Shown: positions 27,460-38,936 of the stretch, in pieces
How the letters are laid out: each line of letters begins with the position of its first letter
Position numbering within the stretch: position 1 is the stretch's first letter
Origin: Mytilus edulis
Lineage: Eukaryota
Length of the DNA: 64,000 nt
Assembly (NCBI RefSeq): GCF_963676685.1
Contig: NC_092353.1
Location: 5,146,001-5,210,000, forward strand
Reading direction: 5' to 3'
Position numbers and translations under genes: made by a program
The notes under the pieces: model-generated
What the model was told of the DNA's origin: nothing
What the model saw: only the letters and a program-made list of their open reading frames with translations
Database searches by the model: none

Positions 27460-30400
27460 TCACAAGCAAAAGTCAAGGTCAACTGACTGTCCTTTGTCGA
27501 CATGCACTACATGTTTTCGTTGTTGACCTTGACCCCAACATCCTGCAGTGACAGAGTATGTCCCAGGCTGAACAACTACATGTACGTCTTCTGTTCTTTG
27601 TAACTGAAAAATAAACAAAAATTTATTCATTTGGTCTTTAACATATATGTATCTCTCAAAACTGTAAACAGAAAACAAAACAATATTTGATTCTAATGTG
27701 TAACAATGGGTGCAATTAGTGGGGGTCTCATAGGGGGTTCAGATCCCGAATCCCGCTTACTGTTTTGTCAGATTCCCGTATCCCGCTTACACTATGTACA
27801 TAAGCAATTCTTATTTTTTTGTCATTTCCCGGGTCCCACAAGACCTCATTTCCCGTTTTCACGACACAATAATTTGACTTTCCCGTGTCACGCTTACAAA
27901 AAATCGGCAATCCCGTGTCACGCTTAGACCCCAATGAGACCCACATTAGTATAAATAGGTGAAATACAAACTGCTTACCCTTCAAAAACAAGTTTTCAGA
28001 TTCATGTAGTGTTTTGGTGTTTCGATTTTTTTAAATATGGTTGGGTTTATATTAATCAAGTCCAAATGTCCTCCTGAAAAACTGTTTGGATTCAATTTAA
28101 AATATTTAAGTTATAAGTAAACATGATGCATGATCATTGATGAGATGGACTAAGAAAAAGATCTGATTACACAAAATGGGTACAATTCGTTGAATCTTTT
28201 AAAATTTACAAACTTTTTATATTTGACTATTTAACCTATAATGACTACATACAGGGCTACTGTTCTGTATTTCACTATATCCTGGATTGTGGAATCTTCT
28301 ACAGTGTTGGGAATCACAATGGTCTCTGTTTGTTTTGTTAGTATCATAGTATTTCTGAAAATAAAATTAAACATAGTTTAGTACATGTAGCATTTATATA
28401 GATTATCATGTATCTCTAAAAATGAAATAACAAATAATCTATCATATACATGTAGAGGTTGGAAATTGTTAGTCACAATAATACAACCTGTATGAATGGT
28501 AAGTATATTGGTTGGATTGGTGAAATTCTCTTTTCTTTTGTTATTTATAAACAATTTTTGACTAGTTCTACAAATTTTCTAGGCAAGAAAAAGTTGTCAA
28601 CTCAAATAAATTATCATTTCCCCCCTATTATCAGAGTAGCATGAGAACCAGGCGCGGATCCAGATGGGGGGGTTCCGGGGGTTGGAACCCCCCCTTTTTT
28701 TTGGCCGATCAATGCATTTGAATGGGAGCATATAGCTGGAACCCCCCCTTTACTCTGGGTTGGGAACCCCCCCTTTTTAAAATGGCTGGATCCGCCCCCG
28801 AGAACCAATTATGGCATACAGTATATAAACAGATAAATGATCTTTCTACTTTCATTGCAGCAAGCTGAAATCCTTTTTAAAGGTTTATACCAGAAACATT
28901 ACATTTATTTTGGTTCTATCACTAAATAATTTCTGATGTATATAAATCAGTTAATAATAATAATACTTTATTCAGAAGCAATACAGCTTATAAAATATTA
29001 TTATTAATGGAGCATTTATAATAGCTGTCAAATTCATGTTTACCAATTTGACTAAAATTTTCATATTTGATTTATTACATACATTGTGTACCTGTACTAA
29101 AATGTATATCCAAATTATAGGAAAAAAAGAAAAAAAAAACTAATTAACATAAAATGTATCAGCATTGGTTTGTATGTTGTCTAGACACAATCTAGTTATT
29201 AAACCATTGAGGTGACCTCGGATGACTGTTGTCAAATGGTCTTATAAGCAATATAAACATGAATAGATAAATTGTGCAATTAGATTATTTTAGATCAGTT
29301 TGATTTCATATTATCGGTAAACAATATATTTTAATCATCATTTTACCTGTATAAGAATGAGTTTTACCTGTATAAGAATTAGTTTTACCTGTATGTGAAT
29401 GAGGTTTTTTGTTGTTAGAACCAGTCAATCATTTGTTTATCCTTGGTTTTACTTTCAATGTTGACACTATTATTCTTTTAAAAACTGAACATGCCATATT
29501 CATGCGTAACCCATCTCTAGCTAAGGGGTTATATTGAAGGTCACATAAAAACAGATTCAAAGAGGTTGAATTTCTCTTGCATGTGAATAATTCATCAGCA
29601 ATGTTTCTTTGCTTATTTACAACAAATTGAACCAAACTGGCTTCTTAAACCAAAATTATTATTCCCTTTCATCATTGTTCATTAATGATTGAAAACTAGA
29701 ACGAGAATGTGTCCCTAGTACACAGATGCCCCATAGGCACTATCCTTTTCTATGTTCAGTGGACCGTGAAAATGGGGTAAAAACTCTAATTTGGCGTTAA
29801 TATTAGAAAGATCATATCATAAGGAACATGTGTACTAAGTTTCAAGTTGATTGATCTTAAACTTCATCAAAAACTAACTTGACCAAAAACTTCAACCTGA
29901 AGTGGGAGATTGGACACACAGACCAGTAAACATAATTCCAATAAATGGGGCATTAAAAATCATATTCTATTTTTGTTTATATCTTGTAGCTAATACCCCT
30001 TTAAAGCATGCTCTCTCTAAAAAAAACACAAGGACTCACCTTACACTGCCTTGAGGTGTGTGACATGAACTGTACAATAGTACTAAAGGCGTCATCTATA
30101 CTGGTGTATGAGTCTGATTCCTACAAAATCAAGTCAATAAAGGATAAACTTAGTTTTGTGACAAAGGAGTAGGTCAGGTAAGGACCGATTTTGGCCTCAA
30201 ATTTCAGGTTCATCTGACAAAAGATTTTGACAACTTTTTAAACCCTTATGTGTCTATTTCATTTGAATCAATCAGTTTATGTGAAAGATTTTATAACTGA
30301 TTTAGTCATTAAAAACGATCCAATTCAAGCTCAAATATGAAAAATCAATCAAATATGCCGAAAAATGTCACTTTTCAGATGGTTTTTGTCAAAAATGAAA

Positions 30401-33400
30401 GTGGCCGCATCCGTGTTCATCCTAAACATTTATATATGTTATGTATTATAATAAAATGCAGCTTACATTTCAATATTAAGGATGAACACAAATCCGGCCA
30501 CTTTCGTTTTACACAAAAACCTTCTAAAATTTAACTAAAACGCTAGATTGTGAAGATTTCAGTAATTAAGCATGACTTTATGGTGCTAGTACCCGATATA
30601 TGTGCATTGTATTGCCAAAAACAGCCCATATTTATGTAGCAGAGGCATTCTACTGTCCAATAAATAACTTAAAGTTTACATTTCAACAATTTTGTAAAAA
30701 TGCTATATTTTGGGGCCAAAAAGGGTTCTTACTGGACCTACTCCTTTCTTTGAAGCATGTCATGTATGTAATCAATTATTTCAGTTGTTAATGAGAATGT
30801 GTTTTCCCCCTTAAATTTAGCCTAATCAGCAATACCTTCCTTTGAAACAAGAATTTTAGAAAGAAAATGTCCATAATTTCATTTTGTCATGTGTTTGATT
30901 GTACCATTATGACATTTTTTTTGTTAAAATGTCAAATGTTCTTTTTTCAATTTAAAAGATTTTCAAAAGGTATTGTTCATGGTGAAATATTAGACCACTT
31001 AATATTTAATACATTCTGAATTTTTAAGGCAAACTTGATTTGATACATCCTGTCCATTTAAACCAATTTTCATTTTTTTTTGGAAAAAATGACATTCAAA
31101 CAAGAATGTGTCTCCAGTACACAGATGCCCCATTCGCACTATCATTTTCTATGGTCAGTGGACCATAAAAACAGTGGAAAGTCTCTAATTTGGCATTAAA
31201 GCTAGAAAGATCATATCATAGGGAACATGTGTACTAAGTTTCAAGTTGATTGGACGTCAACTTCATCAAAAACTACCTCGACCAAAAACTTTAACCTGAA
31301 GCGGGACAGACGGACGGACAAATGGACAAACAAACAGACGAATGAATGAACACACAGACCAGAAACATAATGCCTATAAATGGGGCATAAAAAATATTTT
31401 GACAGTGTTTACCTCAATAGGTCTGTGACCTCTTGGTTTATATTCTGGCCAATTAACTTTCCTTGAAGCAGCTCTGAGATAAACATTCTGACCTACTGTT
31501 ACAGCTCTATGTAATGCATTCTGAGCCCATACATCTCCAACGGGGTACTAAATATAAATGTGTAATATAAAATAACAAATGAAAGTTGTGTTCAAATTTG
31601 TAATTATAGATGAAAAATAACAAATGTAAATGTATTACAGCAAAAGTTTGACACAATTGCTTTCCTTAGAAAATGTGGTAGATACATTGTCAGTCGTAAG
31701 CAGTTGAGCTAAGGAAGTACTTCTTTAGCTCAGTCGGTATAACTGCCTCGTAGCACAGAGGGCCCTGGTTCTAGTCCTGGTGGAGACAAAGATGATTTTG
31801 TATGAAGAATCTTGGCCTCCAGTTATATAAGAATTATAATGTAAATTGACAAGTGGTCTCCCATTGTAGCCAGAATTGGTAACTTTGACGTATTTACAAT
31901 ACAAATATGAATACAGACAATTATAAATGTGTTTAGATATATAATGTCAGAATGTAAAATGACAATTGTAAAAGTGTTAAGATTTATAATGTAAAATGAC
32001 AAGCTTTCAAGAAGTATTGGGGCCAATGGGCCATGAAACTGTTTGGCAGTATGTTGTTTCAGTTGTACACTACTGTCACCAGTTCAGCCTTGGTCGTTTT
32101 TCAATCTGCTTTATAGTTCAGCACTCCATTAACATACTGATAATGTGCTGGGCACTGCTGTCACTATGTCACAATGTGTGGGGTATTTAGTTTTTATTTA
32201 CCATGTTTACAGTTAAATATATATATATCTAAATAAAAGTTCAGTCATTTTCTTAGTCTTCCATAGGCGGATCCAGCCCCCCCCCCCCCCCTTTTTGTGG
32301 GAAAAATTTGTTTGATTATATAGGGAATTACTGAAGCATGACTGGAGCGGCCACAGGTGTGGACACAAAAAAATAAACAAAAAGTAGCCAAATGTCATTT
32401 CATATTTTCTTTTTATCATTTGGCTAAAAAAAATTGTGGACACAAGTGTGGAGACAAAAAAAATAAATAAATAGCCAAATGATAAAAAGAAAATATGAAA
32501 TGACAAATGTAGCCGCACAAGACTCAAGAGACAGATTAATAATTTCGGTCTAGACAAACCGGTACCTCGAATGACCGAATAACAGTTATTATCCAAATAA
32601 CACTTTGTATTCTTGTAATGACCGAATAACACTTACATTTTTAATATTGGCACACATTGGTGACTTTTAAACTTTGATTATTGAATTAGTATATATTAAT
32701 GATGTATTTTATAACTTAAAAATGATTAACATGATTAACAAAAAGCAGATAAGTTCATAAAAAACTTTTTAAATTTAGTGTGCACATCGAAAATGGGTGC
32801 GAACGGACCTGATACCGGAAATCACAATGGCCCCCATGTTCGATGTACACACTAAATAATAAATTTAAAATGATCTTTATGAAATTATCTGCTATCTGAA
32901 ATCATTTTCAAGTTATAAAATACATCGATTATATATTATTATTTAATAATCAATGTTTTAAGTGTTATTCGGTCATTTGTGTCATTTGCATGTTTCCAAT
33001 TGTTTGACCTGTGATTTTTTTCTGTGTCTATTGATTTCTGAAATATGTTTTCGGACAAATTATTATTTTGGTTCATTATAGTTCTATCAATGTTTTGAAT
33101 GCAAAAATTATAGGTAATCCTATTTATCAGTCAGGGGTGCTACTTGTCCAAGTTATTTTTAATTACTTGAAGAAGTAATATTAAGTAAATTTGTAGGCTA
33201 CTTATACAAGTGAATTTTAATTACTTGTATAGGTAAAAAAAACATTGGCTGAGTTATGTCCCTTAGACCTTCAAATTTTTTTACTTGTATAAGTAAAAAA
33301 GTCATCCTATCTTCCTTTATTGAATTCTCAAGATTTCTTTTCTCTTATATAATTTTAAGTTATCTGCCCTTTGCAGATGTTTTCACTAATCAGAGGCGGA

Positions 33401-35881
33401 TCCAGGGGGTGGTCATCCGGTGCCGGTGACCACCCCCTGGGTTTGCAAAAATGGTGCACCATGTACCAAAAAATGGTGCACCTTGAACATTTTGAAAAAT
33501 AAATTCGTCGATCAAATCAATTTGTCTATCGTAATCACCAGTCATAAAGTTGTCATTACTTACATTAAGGCTAAATACATGTACCTTGACAGGTATGTTT
33601 ATACAATGAACATGTAATCATCAATCGCTAATTACTTGGTCGATTTCTTTGATGTTAAGGTGTAAAAATGAAGAGACAGTCCTCAATCTTAGATGTTTTT
33701 AGCAGGTAATTTATACTTTTTTTACATTACTTTTATCTAAATTTTTAAAGTTTGTATAATAACTTTTCTCGACCAATAATATTTTTTTTACTGTGATGCC
33801 AGAGACATATAATACATGTATATGATGCCAAAATTCAAAAATAATTTTAAAGTTTAAAAGTCACATAAATATTCTATATTGAATTAATACCCCGTTCCAT
33901 CATCTGTTTGTCTAAAAGTTTCGTTCATTCCAATTTTTTAGTAACTTATACCCTCTTTCCTTCAGGAAACGCCACAAATCAGCCCCCTCTGAAGTACATA
34001 TATATGTACCAACGACTTGTAATGGACCTAGCATTGATACGAATAAAAGTGATCAGATTAAAGAAACAACCCCCGGCTTGCATATAAGTACAAACGACAT
34101 TGGTTTTGTAAAACAACCAACACGTAAATTAACAAACGAAGAGAAATTTAATTTGATAAGAAATCATTTCCAACCTGGAATAAACTATAACTTTCCTATA
34201 CAAAAATATGCAGGAAAGAACAGACTGTTTCAGCTGAATTGGCTAAATCGCTATGATGGGCTAGTGTACTCACCTTCACAAGAAGGAGCTTACTGCATAT
34301 ACTGTGCTCTGTTTGTGGTTGATAGTTTGGGAACATTATCATGCAAACCACTAACAGATTTGGCACATGCAAAGGACTACTGATATTCAAACATGTATTG
34401 ATAAAGCAATGAATGAACGTATAAAAGCAAACAGAACTGTTTTGAAATCTATATGCAAGTGTGTTTTGCTTTGTGGCAAACAGAATCTTCCTATAAGGGG
34501 CCATAAAAAAAAATTTAATTTAAGATTTCAAAAGGTGACCACCCCCTAATAAATTCCTGGATCCGCCCCTGCTAATCATTTAAGTTTAATTTCATGGGCA
34601 ATGAAAATCCCATTTATCTGTTATCTTCAAAACACTGCTCATTTACAACTTACAAGCCCCCCAAGGAGCAATTTGAAGGCCTTGCGCAATCAGTTTCTTT
34701 GTTGAATTAATGAGATGAAACATTGAACTCTAATTTAAAAATATGAGCTAACCTGGGAAAAATCATTAAAGCCCTGATATTACATCTCAAAACTTGAGAA
34801 TTTTTGTAGGATTGTAAGAAAAATTTACTTGTAAGTAAATTTTTGAGAAAATTAAAGGGAGATTATTTAAACATTATTTATTAACTTATGGTAGCACAAT
34901 ACAAAGATTTTTTTACTTCCAATCACTAACCTTTGAAATGCTGTAACTTTCTTATGAATGCATAGAAAATAACAAAAGAGGTATATACAGATAGATAAAA
35001 GATAATTCTTTTAAATGAATGCAATATTTTTATTATGCAATCATTATGTAATCAATTATTATGTAATTAGTTGCAAAATGTGGATAAGTTCACTTGAATG
35101 AATTTAGCTCTATCATCTTTTTAACTATACAGAAAATTTTAACGAAATCTTAATCAACACATCATGGGCTTCAAAAGGGTGTCTCAGATTGTCTCTATGG
35201 TATTACATTCTCTCATAAATCTCTAATTAGTGTAAACATCCTAACCACATAAAAGAAGATAATGTTTAATTAGGTGTAAAATTTGTTCTATACATTCTAT
35301 CTGAAATCTGAGACACCCTTTTGTAGATAATGGCCATAAGAACAACATATAATAAAATCGACCCTCTAGGGATACCTATGAAGAAGCTAATTTCATTTGA
35401 AAGTGGAAATTTGGTGAAAAATATTTTAGACACAGTTAATATTATAATTGGTTACATAATTGTTGCATAATACTAACATTGCATTAATTTGAAAGAGTAA
35501 TCTGTTAGCTATCCAAAACCAGAGACATATATTATATGTCTCTGCCAAAACTAACACTTTTATAAATTTTCAAGCATTATTAAGAAAGTTACAGCATTTT
35601 AAAACTTGGGAGTTGGAGTTATAAAATCTTTGTATTGTGCTACCTTAAGTGTGTATTTTTTTTTTACTTCTTCAAGTAAATAAAAATACTTGTACAAGTA
35701 GTACCCCCGACTGTTTATCAGCGCCTCCCCCTTTTTCTCAAACTGATTCTCTTCTGACACAATACTTTTTTTTCTAGGTAAGGACGAGTCGGTTTCATCA
35801 TTTAGAGTAACATTGTTTAAAAAATTGATTATTTATGTGTAAGCTTTGTGTTAGATTAGATGTGTTCACCTGCTTCGCCAT
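27460..35881 (-). CDS. AKIP1: A-kinase-interacting protein 1 homologue, 5 coding exons, ~157 aa
   Basis: Minus-strand exons 35881-35870 (MAKQ), 31547-31413, 30120-30040, 28354-28253 and 27603-27460, all phase 0 with GT..AG. Motifs RAASRKVNW, DAFSTIVQFMSHTSRQCKKYY and C-terminal PGTYSVTAG...HVVHVDKGQSVDLDF match the AKIP1 family as I recall it. The 12-nt first exon is the least certain. Confidence 0.82.
27721..27945. mobile_element. MITE
   Basis: TIR ggggtctcatagggg / ccccaatgagaccc, with internal tcccg repeats. Confidence 0.65.
28649..28800. mobile_element. MITE of the CAGG(G/C)GCGGATCCAG family with 5-bp TSD AGAAC
   Basis: TIR caggcgcggatccag / ctggatccgcccccg, flanked on both sides by agaac. 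Confidence 0.8.
30164..30746. mobile_element. MITE
   Basis: TIR aaggagtaggtcaggtaag / cttactggacctactcctt. Confidence 0.7.
33391..34571 (+). mobile_element. Internally deleted hAT-superfamily DNA transposon (ZMYM1/PRKRIR-like transposase remnant), 5-bp TSD CTAAT
   Basis: TIR cagaggcggatccagg / cctggatccgcccctg. Remnant ORFs 34078-34549 encode a TTF-type Zn finger (RLFQLNWLNRYDGLVYSPSQEGAYCIYCALF) and a DUF4371-like NRTVLKSICKCVLLCGKQNLPIRGH. No catalytic or dimerisation part remains. Confidence 0.8.
34890..35644. mobile_element. Non-autonomous Kolobok-like element (GG...CC termini, TTAA-type target)
   Basis: TIR ggtagcacaatacaaagatttt / aaaatctttgtattgtgctacc. Flanks are ttat (left) and ttaa (right). 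Confidence 0.7.
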
Positions 35882-35919
35882 GTGATGTTTTTAAAAGTTA
35901 AAAAAGCATGATGTTTTTG

Positions 35920-36020
35920 TTTTCAAATTGCAGGAAGTGAAATTAGGCGTTTCTGTCATGCGCATGAAATAGTAATTTTGGCGGTATTTTTTAAAAGTTC
36001 ACTGACAAAATATGGCCTCC
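35920..36020 (-). promoter_or_regulatory. Putative AKIP1 promoter region
   Basis: Just upstream of the predicted ATG: an ETS-like caggaagtg, an NRF1-like palindrome tcatgcgcatga and a YY1-like aaaatatggc. Motif-level evidence only. Confidence 0.4.
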
Positions 36021-37038
36021 TTTTTTTCTGGCACTATCATAGGTGGATCCAAGTAGGCCCTGAGGGGCACGGCTGCCCTTTTGTTGGATAAAATTTAGTT
36101 GGTAAATAATTCTATTTCCGTTGCAGTTGATCCCAATACGTATTTTATCGAAGTTGGCATTATGTCGATTGTTAAGTCAAATGAGTCGAGCATAGCGCAT
36201 GATGAGAGCGGACGTGAAAATTTTTGCAGAGACAATCCTTCAACATCATTGAAATTTATTGTTTTGTCAAATTGATTTCATGGATAAATACTATTATCCT
36301 TAAATCGTATATTTTATCATTTGTATTATATTTTTTTGTTGAGAGAGGTTTCGGCAGATAATTTCAGGTTTGTTTGAGACATGTAGTCAGATGGAATCCA
36401 TCAGTAGTTTCCATGTGGGAAACTATCAGACCAATCTATTTGATGTTTGAAGGTTTTAGCTGTTCCCCTAATCGATCGGTAGTTTCTTTCCGAGATCCTT
36501 ATCATAGGATTTTCGGCTTTCCTCTATCAGGAATACAGCTGGGCATTTAGCGGTATCGGTTTGATTCCAAGTATGTCCTCTCCGGTTTCCCGTTCGTTGT
36601 CTAGGCATTTGTGCGGCATCCGGGGTGACCGTATCCTTTATTTTGTATATGTTTTTTTATATTATGCATTTTTTTTTTTGAGGATGAGCAAGTCAGGTGA
36701 GTGTGTGTGTTTGTATGCTTTATTACATTGTACTTATTGTTTTGGGGAAGGTTAACTTTCTGGTAGTAAGACCCGTCACGGCCAGGCAGTGAAACTGGAT
36801 AGGCAAATGCTCACATTAAATCTGTACCGATACAGTGTGCTAAATGTCTTCCCTTTTACACCACAACCCAGGGTGGTGCTCCTATTAAAGGAGGGAGATA
36901 CAGAACATACATTAATTTCTATGTTTCGGACGAAATTTTCAGCCTTAAGGTGGTATAGGAGTTTAAATTTTCGCGCCTTCTGCGCAAGAAGTTGCGCATC
37001 TGATATCGACATTCGATCTGTTGTCGTAAATGAAATAC

Positions 37039-37251
37039 TGTTGTAAAGGTGCAATAATTCGATATACCTTTCCTAATATAAGATGTTGTCTTGGTAGAAT
37101 ATACTGATAGGGCAGGAATCCCAGGGCTGGAGTTCACCACAAGTGGGTCGTCTGAGCTCCGGATATATTCTGCGAGGTTGCGCAGTAAATACTAACTGAA
37201 GTTCCGGTAACAAATCTGGTTGTGGCAATCACTTTCCGGACATTTACTACA
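37039..37251 (-). repeat. 3' LTR (213 bp)
   Basis: Identical by eye to 45606-45818; tgttg...taca termini. Confidence 0.97.
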
Positions 37252-37260
37252 TTCCTCCCC
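37252..37260 (-). other. Polypurine tract
   Basis: Minus strand GGGGAGGAA directly abuts the 3' LTR. Confidence 0.85.
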
Positions 37261-37402
37261 GTTTTATTAAAACGTCAGCCATCAATGCTGGCACTAATAA
37301 CGATATGCTAAAATCCTTCACCGAACCAAAAAACAAATTCATAACTGTCAATCAATCAATAATCTGGTTAAAAGCATATATACAAATTCCTTCATCCTGC
37401 AT

Positions 37403-38869
37403 TTAATTTATATTATACAGTTGACTGGCATTCCGAGTTGTCACCCTAGCTATTTCCTCGGAGTGTACGTCAAACATGGATGCGAGCTTCCAGATGATTT
37501 CCTTAAGTAGTCCAGGAGATGCCTCATTGTGTCCTTGAGGTTTAAGATAGGGTGAATCGGTCTCCAAAACTAGATCCTCCAACTTCATCTCACAAACGGT
37601 TGCTCTATATCCTGGATACTTGTTATCCATGAGTAGGAACGGAGAGATACCAAATTTACCGTTTGGAAACATGGCTTTACATTGTCTGTATTCTTCAGTG
37701 TCACCATTAAAACAATGCCAATGTATTGGATGATCTTCCTCTAGGAAATTGGTTAATGAATCCCTGCACATATTCATTATTTTCTTGTCTCCCCTGCAAT
37801 GAATCACCACAGGAAGATGTTGCCTCTTAGCTAGTTTAAGCTGCTCCTCAAATACGTGGACCTGTTTCTTGAGTTCTTTGCTATTTGGTTTATCAGAGGA
37901 GTCTAACCCACATTCTCCAACTGCAATCATTCTGTTCACACAGATTAACATCTCTAAATCGGTAATCCATGAACTCAGTACACTCATCTCCTCCCCCTTC
38001 ACTATCCGTGGATGTATACCAGCAGTACTTCTTATACGTCGATCTCTCCTGATTTCTCCCATCTCTTCTATTGTTGGCCAGCGTCTTGGGAAGGCATAAT
38101 TAGCTATCAGATGTCTTATTTGGTATACTGATTCTCCATCTTTCCATTTGTAGATCGGTAAGCCAGAAAATCTGGCTTGTTGTTTCATCTTATCCAAATG
38201 GAAATGAGAATCAGTAACCATAATAGCCTTTTGGATACTGCATTGATAGAGGGATATTTCCTTTTCAAATGTAATAAGATTTTCGGCATCCTCAGTTCCT
38301 TTTAATAATAAAGCCAAAATTTTCCAATGTACCAAAGAATATATTGCAGATGGAGGAAATACAGCATGAATGACTTCCACATCAAATCTGTTTTTTTTAT
38401 TGTAGAAATTCAATAAGGGTATATCTGTCCAATGGAATACAGCTGATTGACATTGTTTAAAGACAGCTTCTGTTCGTACATACTCCACCAGATGATCAAG
38501 GGTCTTTTTGTCATAGCGCTGGCAAAGTTCCAATAGGAGACCATTCATCAATTCTGTCCATACTGACTGGTACTCTTCTTTGAAAATATTATCAGCAATA
38601 TTGCAGTTGTGGAGTTCAAGGCAATGATTTTCTAACATCTTGTTCTGACCAAATTGTTTATGGCAAGTCCAACATGCAGTTAGTGGATTAGTGTACCAGG
38701 GCAAATGTTGGTGAAATACATGCCTTCTTACATTAGTGAAACGACCTGGACATACCGGACAGAGTCTTGCCTTACTCAGATTCCTACTACTGCCTTTTAT
38801 CCTGGTATCTTCCTCCAATCTTTCAGGGATTTCACCATCAAATGGACCATAATCAAGCTCATCCTCCAT
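37403..38869 (-). CDS. Retrotransposon ORF3: two C2H2 zinc fingers plus a TatD-family metal-dependent DNase (488 aa)
   Basis: N-terminal CPVC...HVFHQH and CWTC...HCLELH fingers. TatD motifs DSHFHLD, GIHP, AVGECGLD, PVVIHCR, HWHCFNG and LVLETDSPY are all intact (domain ~38221-37403). Intronless and inside the LTRs. Confidence 0.93.
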   Translation of the reverse strand: MEDELDYGPFDGEIPERLEEDTRIKGSSRNLSKARLCPVCPGRFTNVRRHVFHQHLPWYTNPLTACWTCHKQFGQNKMLENHCLELHNCNIADNIFKEEYQSVWTELMNGLLLELCQRYDKKTLDHLVEYVRTEAVFKQCQSAVFHWTDIPLLNFYNKKNRFDVEVIHAVFPPSAIYSLVHWKILALLLKGTEDAENLITFEKEISLYQCSIQKAIMVTDSHFHLDKMKQQARFSGLPIYKWKDGESVYQIRHLIANYAFPRRWPTIEEMGEIRRDRRIRSTAGIHPRIVKGEEMSVLSSWITDLEMLICVNRMIAVGECGLDSSDKPNSKELKKQVHVFEEQLKLAKRQHLPVVIHCRGDKKIMNMCRDSLTNFLEEDHPIHWHCFNGDTEEYRQCKAMFPNGKFGISPFLLMDNKYPGYRATVCEMKLEDLVLETDSPYLKPQGHNEASPGLLKEIIWKLASMFDVHSEEIARVTTRNASQLYNIN

Positions 38870-38936
38870 ACTTAAAATAAATTAACGAACATGTAAATAT
38901 ATACATAATAATCCTATTTACACTATTTCAAAATAT

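Larger units (their letters stand above)
33128..35713. mobile_element. Non-autonomous DNA transposon hosting two nested insertions
   Basis: TIR cagtcaggggtgctacttgtccaagt / acttgtacaagtagtacccccgactg, flanked by tttat on both sides. Confidence 0.7.

Noticed and set aside
36350-36620. Coding-like minus-strand stretch with a possible chromodomain-like W...WIP motif
   Set aside because: Multiple stops and too short to assign; possibly an old retroelement remnant.
36776-37140. ORFs spanning the transposon left end and LTR junction (also 45789-46353)
   Set aside because: They cross element boundaries or lie antisense to the transposase exon and have no recognisable motifs.
37403-38869. Host TATDN gene or bacterial contamination
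   Set aside because: Intronless, enclosed by identical LTRs with a TSD, and embedded in continuous intron-containing animal DNA.
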